64,000 nucleotides of DNA from Spirochaetia bacterium (lineage in GTDB: Bacteria > Spirochaetota > Spirochaetia > DSM-2461): contig OY764216.1 in assembly GCA_963668315.1 (NCBI GenBank), positions 64,001 to 128,000 on the forward strand, written 5' to 3'. A program made the translations under genes and the position numbers. Of the stretch, positions 57,746 to 64,000 are shown in pieces (the first letter of the stretch is position 1; each line of letters starts with the position of its first letter). Below the pieces are notes generated by a model. That model made no database searches and was not told the DNA's origin. It worked only from the letters and a program-made list of their open reading frames with translations.

Positions 57746-58528
57746 ATGTTCGGCAGGAAAGACAGATTGACCAGGGAAGAGACAGACCGCTGTCTTGATA
57801 AAATCAGGGAACGCTATGATCACCTGATTACAACTTACATGGCTCCCATATCACTGAAAAATGAATTTGAATCCCGCTACTCCTATGCCCTCCAGATGCG
57901 GATGAGCATGGAGCTTTTCATCAAGGGCGAGGTAGAGGCGGTGGAAGAGCTGATTCAAGAGGAAGAGAAAGCACTTGATGAAGCGGAAAAGTCCGCCGAG
58001 CAGGAAAGGCTTAACGGGGGAAGGCCTAAAAAATCCTTTGCCGATAAAGTGGTTGAAGACATGGAGAAAAAAATCCAGGGTTATCCCTCGCGTAAACTTC
58101 ATCAAGGGGCCAGCCTGGAAATTGTCAAACTTTACGGAGCTCTCCAGCAGTTTGAAAGAGACTTCTGGGGCACGGTGGAAAACTTCCTTCTGAGAATCTT
58201 TCCTTCCGAAAGGAACGGTCTTCTGGCCCAGCTGGACCAGGATTTATGGAATATGACCTACAGCCGCGAAAAGGACGTGGACAACCGCGATACCCCCCTT
58301 GCCCTGGAACGCTATGTGATGATGCTGGAGACGAATGATTATCATTACGACCTTATGGGGGAAAGTCAGAACTGCATTAAACAGGCCGCCTTCTGGGTTC
58401 ATGAAGTCAGGAATTCCATCCGAAAAGCGGAAGAACTGGGATTCACGGAGGACCGCATCAAACTGGCCGAAGAAGAACTCACACGCATCATCGAAGACTT
58501 CCGCATCAGAGACATAAAAAGGGGTTAG
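57746..58528 (+). CDS. Hypothetical helical protein
   Basis: Start MFGRK (ATG 57746) 6 nt after TATAAT; charged helical composition. Confidence 0.75.
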   Translation: MFGRKDRLTREETDRCLDKIRERYDHLITTYMAPISLKNEFESRYSYALQMRMSMELFIKGEVEAVEELIQEEEKALDEAEKSAEQERLNGGRPKKSFADKVVEDMEKKIQGYPSRKLHQGASLEIVKLYGALQQFERDFWGTVENFLLRIFPSERNGLLAQLDQDLWNMTYSREKDVDNRDTPLALERYVMMLETNDYHYDLMGESQNCIKQAAFWVHEVRNSIRKAEELGFTEDRIKLAEEELTRIIEDFRIRDIKRG

Positions 58529-59556
58529 GGCTCGTAAACCTCATCGGTATTGGGCCGCCCGAAGCTGGAGTTTCCCGTGGGCACCGTATGCCAGTCATCA
58601 CGGGAATCCTTATCATCCGAAAGGGAACTGCGGCATAGACTCCTTGTGCTGGAGGTCTGGCCGGATGGAATCCCCTCTTCCGGGGTGATGACGGCCCCCT
58701 CCATATACCATCCCCTGCGCGCCTCTTCCATGGCGGAAAGTTCTTCTATCTGCGGCCACAGGGTTGATGTCCAGCCTTCGTATTTGTCCTTATCCTTACC
58801 CGCCCGGTTGGTATAGATAACACGATCCATAATCTCTCCCTTGACCGGCAATGTTACAAGGGAGAGAATCCCGTTTGTTCCCGAAAGATTCATATCCTCC
58901 GCCGGCCAGAGATCCCGAATATCAGACTCCGACCGCAGACCAGATGATAGATTCAGATCGTCTCCCGTTTCGGAAATCTCGCCCTCATCGCCCCGTGGCC
59001 GACAGTGAAGTATAATGTACTCCCCGGTCTCCACATCCATATCGGGGAAAAGATACATTCCTCCGCGGTGAGATTCCGTTCCCAACAGGAGAGCCATCCC
59101 CGCGCAATTTCCCCCGGAGCGGACGAAAAACTCGACCATATCAGGCCGGGAGGATGAACCGTTGGGAGAGATTTCATTAATCAGTATATCCGGCTGTGAC
59201 TCATTGGGCGCATAGAACTCAAACAGAAACCAGTTGGTATTGCCCTTTTCATCGCAGACGTCAAGATGAAGGGTATTCCGTGAGCCGGGAAGACAGGGCG
59301 GCAGGAAAGCGATGTTCAAAGTACCGTCATCTCCGCCGGTTATCTCGATGCCCCCTTCCGGCTCCCTCTGGGCGGATTCTCCCTCGGCCAGGACAGGCTC
59401 GTCAAAGGTCACTACCATTTCACCCGGTCCTTCAAGGGAATAGTCCAGAAGCACCGGGGGCGTTTTATCCCGGGGGGGAAGGACCGATTCGGCCATAGGC
59501 GTACCTCCGCAGGACATAAGAACAAAAAGCATCAAGGGAAAAATTGATATTTTCAT
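58525..59556 (-). CDS. Lipoprotein with Ig-like and lamin-tail-like domains
   Basis: LMS|C lipobox, D.TPP.L, FDEPV, ILINEI, DMVEF, S.G.PN. Confidence 0.78.
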   Translation of the reverse strand: MKISIFPLMLFVLMSCGGTPMAESVLPPRDKTPPVLLDYSLEGPGEMVVTFDEPVLAEGESAQREPEGGIEITGGDDGTLNIAFLPPCLPGSRNTLHLDVCDEKGNTNWFLFEFYAPNESQPDILINEISPNGSSSRPDMVEFFVRSGGNCAGMALLLGTESHRGGMYLFPDMDVETGEYIILHCRPRGDEGEISETGDDLNLSSGLRSESDIRDLWPAEDMNLSGTNGILSLVTLPVKGEIMDRVIYTNRAGKDKDKYEGWTSTLWPQIEELSAMEEARRGWYMEGAVITPEEGIPSGQTSSTRSLCRSSLSDDKDSRDDWHTVPTGNSSFGRPNTDEVYEP

Positions 59557-59605
59557 AGACTCCTCCGCACATAGGGGGAGGCCTTTTTTTCTCCCTATCC
59601 CGGAA

Positions 59606-60643
59606 TCAGAGAGCTTTTGTCATCCTCAGGGCCAACAGAATATCCGCCCCTTCATAGGTAAAGGGATCCTCCTCGAAATGAACCTGCATGACCCAATCCC
59701 CGAAGGATTTCTTCACCCCCAGGAGGAACCCCGTCTGGGGAAGGGTAAACAGACGGACCGTACCCAGATGAGAATAGGTTCTGAACCTGTCTGAACGGAT
59801 GGGTGAGGTCTCTATCTCGATCTGGGCAAGGATCTTCCAGTCAGGCCCCGGCAGGAATCCCAGAGCCAGAGTCGTCTGGGACACAGGTCTTGTCGCATAG
59901 GTATCTGACCCGAACAGCAGTGAGGCGGCCCAGTCTCCCGGGAAAACAAAACCCTGCTGCCAGTCAAAGGACCATCGGGGATGAATCATCCACTCCCCCA
60001 GAATCTGCAGGCCCACATCGGCCGCTCCCGAACCGGATGCCTGAGCAAGGTTCCCCGTGGGGAGCTTCAGGGAACCGGCCGCAGCCATGACCAAAGAGGG
60101 TCTTTCCCGGAATGTCCATATACCGGACAGATCGGTATCTCCCAGAGAGAGAGCCCTGTGGTCCAGGCGGATATCTTTCCCGTCAAGGTTATCCAGATCG
60201 ATAATCAGTCTGTTCTGATCAAAAAGCTCCCGTCCCGCATTGGGAAAACCGAAAAGGCTGTGAAACCGTTCGATGACAGGATCAAAAACGCCTCCGTAAT
60301 AGGAAATGAGCCGAATATCCGCCGTGACCATAAGATCATCTCTTAGGCGGTAGCGGTATCCCCCTTCCAGGATGGTACTCTCATAATCCAGAGCCTCCGT
60401 TTCCAGATCGTAGGCCACGAACTCATTCACACAGGTCGTGGCGATTGTCAGATAACTCTCCCCGCTCTTTCCCGACCGGGGGGACATGCCGGGGAAGGTG
60501 TAAACCGGCAGGTGGGCAAGATAGAAATTTTTCCGGTAAAAGGGGCCGGAAAGGCCATAATCGGTCTGGGAAGAAAGAGGCAGAGCCAGAAGGAGAAAGA
60601 GAAAAACCGGCCGCAGCCTTTTCTTTACCGGGGAAAAAAACAA
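59606..60643 (-). CDS. DUF3187-like outer-membrane beta-barrel
   Basis: Signal peptide, D.E, GG.FD..IE.FH..FG.PN, LGD, KLPTG....SGSG..D. Confidence 0.72.
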   Translation of the reverse strand: MFFSPVKKRLRPVFLFLLLALPLSSQTDYGLSGPFYRKNFYLAHLPVYTFPGMSPRSGKSGESYLTIATTCVNEFVAYDLETEALDYESTILEGGYRYRLRDDLMVTADIRLISYYGGVFDPVIERFHSLFGFPNAGRELFDQNRLIIDLDNLDGKDIRLDHRALSLGDTDLSGIWTFRERPSLVMAAAGSLKLPTGNLAQASGSGAADVGLQILGEWMIHPRWSFDWQQGFVFPGDWAASLLFGSDTYATRPVSQTTLALGFLPGPDWKILAQIEIETSPIRSDRFRTYSHLGTVRLFTLPQTGFLLGVKKSFGDWVMQVHFEEDPFTYEGADILLALRMTKAL

Positions 60644-60777
60644 AACACTAAACTCCTACTCGCACTGAATGAACTGTTCACCTATGGCGGAGGGCGGAAT
60701 TCCCCCGACAGCCTTTACAGATTGGGCTAAATCGGGCCACTTGTCAAGTTTGATTCTTCCGTTCTATACTGGCCCCC

Positions 60778-61458
60778 ATGATCGGGAAAGGTATTAAAGA
60801 CGGAATCCCCGTAATGGTCGGGTACTTTACCACGGCCGTGGCCTTCGGGCTCCTGGGAAGAAATACGGGCCTCATGTTCATGGAGACTCTGGCCGTTTCC
60901 CTGATCGTTTTCGCCGGAGCCTCCCAGTTCATCTTCCTCTCCCTCCTCGCGGCAGGGGCGGGCAGCGCCGAAATCATTATCACCACCTTTCTGGTCAATC
61001 TCAGGCATATGCTCATGAGTTCCTCACTGGCGGTCAAACTGGAAAAGAAAACTCTTCTCCTCCCCTTCGCCGCTTTCGGCGTGACCGATGAAACCTTTGC
61101 CGTGGCCTCTTTCGGATCGGACAGAGTCACGGAAAAATATATGCTGGCCCTGAATACGACCTCCTATCTGGGATGGGTCGGCGGAACGGCGGCGGGCTTT
61201 CTGGCGGGGAATATGCTGCCGGAAAAACTTCAGAATATCATGGGGCTTCTGCTTTATCTGCTCTTTGTGGCGATTCTGACTCCGGAGGTGAAAAAACGCT
61301 TCTCCCTCCTCCCGGTCATTCTCATTTCGGGAGGAGTCAACTGGTTCCTTTCGGCGGCCGGCTGGATGAGTTCGGGATGGAACATGATCGCGGCGATCAT
61401 CACCGGCTGTACGGCGGGTTTTCTTTTGGAAAGCCGGATGGAAAGGAGCGGCCGGTGA
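60778..61458 (+). CDS. azlC: AzlC family branched-chain amino acid exporter
   Basis: G..DG.P...GY, FAGASQF, VNLRH.LM, TDE.FA. Confidence 0.93.
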   Translation: MIGKGIKDGIPVMVGYFTTAVAFGLLGRNTGLMFMETLAVSLIVFAGASQFIFLSLLAAGAGSAEIIITTFLVNLRHMLMSSSLAVKLEKKTLLLPFAAFGVTDETFAVASFGSDRVTEKYMLALNTTSYLGWVGGTAAGFLAGNMLPEKLQNIMGLLLYLLFVAILTPEVKKRFSLLPVILISGGVNWFLSAAGWMSSGWNMIAAIITGCTAGFLLESRMERSGR

Positions 61459-61754
61459 ATCACTACCTTCTCCTCCTGGCCATGATGGCCGTCACCTACC
61501 TGCCCCGTCTTTTTCCCTTTCTCGCCCTGGATGAAGAGAAGATCCCCCCCGGAATCAAGCGCTGGCTGGGCTGGCTTCCCTACGCCGCCCTGGGGGCCCT
61601 GATCATTCCCGGCGGACTGACTGCCGTGGAAGGGGCCTGGTGGGTATCGCCCCTGGGACTGATTCTGGCAGCGGCCATCTCCTGGTTCTACAATAACATG
61701 ATCGTCACCGTGCTCTGTACGCTGGCGATTCTCTATTTTCTGCCTATTTCCTGA
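61455..61754 (+). CDS. azlD: AzlD family protein
   Basis: GTGA overlap with azlC; M..VTY.PR..PF, LP.A.LGAL..P. Confidence 0.9.
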   Translation: MNHYLLLLAMMAVTYLPRLFPFLALDEEKIPPGIKRWLGWLPYAALGALIIPGGLTAVEGAWWVSPLGLILAAAISWFYNNMIVTVLCTLAILYFLPIS

Positions 61755-62572
61755 AAAAAACTCTCTATGGAACCGGCCCTGTCCAAAATCACATGGGCCC
61801 GGTCTGGAAGCACCTCAATCCTGACACCGCCCTTCGTTCGGGGAATCCTCTCGGCCGAAACGATGGTGTCCAGAAGGGGATCTTCCTCACCGCCGGCATA
61901 GTAGACGGGAAGGGTCAGCCCGGCCAGTTCCTCATCGGAATAGAGGGCCAGCGGTTCTGTCAGCGGTTTGAAATGACGGCTTACCAGGAACCCGAACTCC
62001 GCCTCATCCGCTCCTATGGGAACGGAGCCGTAAATCAGCCGGTTAATTCTTAAAGCCCCCCGCTCACCCAGCATCATCAGGGGCAGAATCCGGAGGAAGA
62101 ACGAGAGCCTTGGATTGGCAAGCCCAGAGGTAGCGATCAGGGCGAGTCCCCTGACCTTATCCTGATAGGCGAGGGTGTAGCCTATACTGATCCACCCTCC
62201 CAGGGACATGCCGCAAAGATAAAACTCCTCCAGTTCCAGAGACTCTGTCAGCTCATCCAGCCACTCCGTCAATTCAGCAACCCGGGGTCTTTCCTCGCAG
62301 CTCAATCCGGGCTGCCCGGGAATATCGGGAACGATCAGCCGATAGGACTCCTGCCATTCCGCCATGTAACCGGCCCAGGAGAGACTGTTCGATGAGGCAC
62401 CGTGAAGCAGAACCATAACCGGTTTGCCTTTGTCACCGCTCAGCAGGCAGTGAGTCCTCCCGAACCTCTGAGATTCGACATAACGGGTTTCGACCGGATA
62501 GGGTAATTCCGCAAGAAGGCTCTGCACCTTGGTCTGAATATCCTCCCTGCCCTTCTGACTTTTGAATACCAT
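61733..62572 (-). CDS. Alpha/beta hydrolase
   Basis: LLHG, D.PG.PG.S, GMSLG, G.ED, AH. Confidence 0.9.
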   Translation of the reverse strand: MVFKSQKGREDIQTKVQSLLAELPYPVETRYVESQRFGRTHCLLSGDKGKPVMVLLHGASSNSLSWAGYMAEWQESYRLIVPDIPGQPGLSCEERPRVAELTEWLDELTESLELEEFYLCGMSLGGWISIGYTLAYQDKVRGLALIATSGLANPRLSFFLRILPLMMLGERGALRINRLIYGSVPIGADEAEFGFLVSRHFKPLTEPLALYSDEELAGLTLPVYYAGGEEDPLLDTIVSAERIPRTKGGVRIEVLPDRAHVILDRAGSIESFFQEIGRK

Positions 62573-62584
62573 AGTCCTGCTCCT

Positions 62585-63025
62585 TTACTCTTTCTGTTCC
62601 ATAATAATCTGGAAAAATTTCATGATTTCCCCGATAAACAGGGGCGAGCCGTAGAGAACGAATCGCGCCTTACCCTCGTCCGGATGGTAGATAAAGTCGA
62701 ACCGGCACTCTCCCCAGGCGGGATCCTTCGCATTAAGCATCGCCATAAGGCTGTTGGAGAAACGGGACGCCTCGCCCGACCGGCTCTCATAGAACTCGAC
62801 GACCGTAGATACGGCGATACGCTTCTCCCGCTCCCCCCCATCCTCCGGAGCATTTTCGGCAAGCTCCCCGTGGGCGTACTCTTTCAGCTCATCGAGGGAG
62901 ATCATCCAGGACCGTCCGATTTTTCTCCCACCGATTTTTCCTTCCCGGAGAAAGCGCCGTACCGTCTTTTCATGGAGGTTGAGGATCTCCCCGACTTCCT
63001 CCACGGTATAAAATTCCTTCTTCAT
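62585..63025 (-). CDS. Excisionase-like HTH_17 DNA-binding regulator
   Basis: FYTVEEV.E.L.LH.KTVRRF.REG.I.G.KIG..W.I. Confidence 0.85.
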   Translation of the reverse strand: MKKEFYTVEEVGEILNLHEKTVRRFLREGKIGGRKIGRSWMISLDELKEYAHGELAENAPEDGGEREKRIAVSTVVEFYESRSGEASRFSNSLMAMLNAKDPAWGECRFDFIYHPDEGKARFVLYGSPLFIGEIMKFFQIIMEQKE

Positions 63026-63112
63026 CCTTTATTGTTCCTTATTGTTCCCTTTTGTTAAACTTTTATATGTTATTAATGACATTATAAGGATTATAAGTCA
63101 AGTAAATTCCAT

Positions 63113-63142
63113 AAAAAAACCCCCGGAAAGATTTCCCGGGGG
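63113..63142 (-). terminator. Terminator after the mannosidase gene
   Basis: CCCCGGaAA...TTcCCGGGG hairpin with A7 on the plus strand. Confidence 0.8.
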
Positions 63143-63183
63143 CAGAACCTGACGGCTTACTCTAAGATGGCCGGCTGAAGATG

Positions 63184-64000
63184 TTAGAGACAAAACTCCA
63201 GAGTCTTGATTTCATAGGGCTTGAAATTAAGACCGACGGCATCCCGGGACAACTCGCCGAGAGGCCGTTCCAGCAGATTGACTTCCCGCCATCCCTTATG
63301 GTCTCTTCCCAGGGTCAGATTAACAGCACTTTCCATGCCGGCATATTCGTGGAGCCTGAGGATGAGGGAATCTCCCTTTTCTGAAAGCTTCAGGCTGTCC
63401 ACAACCACATTATCCCTGTCCAGGGTGACGAAGGGCTTTCGTTCAGCGGCTTTTCCCCGGACGACCAGAGAGGGGTTATTCAGCTGCAGGGCTTCCAGCT
63501 CGACCCGTGCTTCATAAAAATCCCCTCCATGGGGAAGGATGGCATAGGTGAAGCTGTGAGAGCCCCTGTCCGCTTCGCTGTCCGGAACGGAGGCGGATTT
63601 GAGCAGGGACAATCCCATAATGCCCTCTTTCACGTTATAGCCGTACTTGCAGTCATTCATAAGTGCCAGGCCCTTGCCTCTCCGGGAGAGGTCGGCCCAT
63701 TTCTGAGCGGGAACCTCAAACTGGGCGAAATCCCAGGAGGTATTCCTGTGGGTGGTTCTCTCAATATTACCGAACTGAATATCGAAGGTGGCCCGGGGGC
63801 TGTTGATCTCCGTTTCGAAAAGCGTCTTAAGGAGGGTGTTTCTTTCCTGCCACTCCACTTCGGTCTTAAAATCGATTCTGTCCGTGTGCCCGTAAAAAGT
63901 CACATCCTGAACAATCTTCGATTCATTCCTTTCCCATACGAACCGGATGACCGTAAGCAGTTCTCCCTCTTCGATGAGTTCAGCCGACTGAAATTTTCCC
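63184..64000 (-). CDS. GH38 alpha-mannosidase, C-terminal part
   Basis: Frame open to the window edge; FDIQFG...R.TH.NTSWD.A.FEV...KWADLS, NDCKYG, LSLL, ILRL.E, KPYEIKT. Confidence 0.92.
   Translation of the reverse strand, partial: GKFQSAELIEEGELLTVIRFVWERNESKIVQDVTFYGHTDRIDFKTEVEWQERNTLLKTLFETEINSPRATFDIQFGNIERTTHRNTSWDFAQFEVPAQKWADLSRRGKGLALMNDCKYGYNVKEGIMGLSLLKSASVPDSEADRGSHSFTYAILPHGGDFYEARVELEALQLNNPSLVVRGKAAERKPFVTLDRDNVVVDSLKLSEKGDSLILRLHEYAGMESAVNLTLGRDHKGWREVNLLERPLGELSRDAVGLNFKPYEIKTLEFCL

Noticed and set aside
60670..60740. SAM-I riboswitch or tRNA near azlC (GGCGGAGGG)
   Set aside because: Lacks AUC.AGAG, GCAACC and GUGC elements; no T-loop or cloverleaf.
62585..63025. Prophage/ICE excisionase marking a mobile element
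   Set aside because: No integrase, att site or phage genes nearby.

Overview
A gene-dense 64 kb chromosomal window from an anaerobic or fermentative bacterium. The lipoprotein signal peptides, Ssb type, DUF3187 and lamin-tail lipoprotein suggest a free-living spirochaete (inference). Most of it is housekeeping, transport and signalling: cstA, pectin methylesterase, acr3/arsR, glmS, nifU, a Gld-like ABC operon, adhE, tag, slyD, an MCP, ssb, azlCD, several MFS transporters, two diguanylate cyclases, an HD-GYP-like protein and the 3' end of a GH38 mannosidase. Three visibly AT-richer accessory patches lie at about 6.2-8.1 kb, 46.8-48.9 kb and 50.8-57.1 kb. The last holds a complete IS256-family element, a truncated lipoprotein and a decayed gene. 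It also holds the most unusual locus: a NarL-type two-component system head-to-head with a solitary ECF S-component-like gene, where each start codon sits inside the other gene's -10 box, next to divergent lipoproteins of an unrecognised family. Other signals are widespread leaderless-gene architecture, a sigma54 promoter with PspF-like sites before an orphan pspC, a 14-bp-periodic operator array at adhE, a duplicated MarR operator, a structured leader with a uORF before yczE, and a 57-aa ferredoxin missed by the ORF track. No rRNA, tRNA or CRISPR array was seen.
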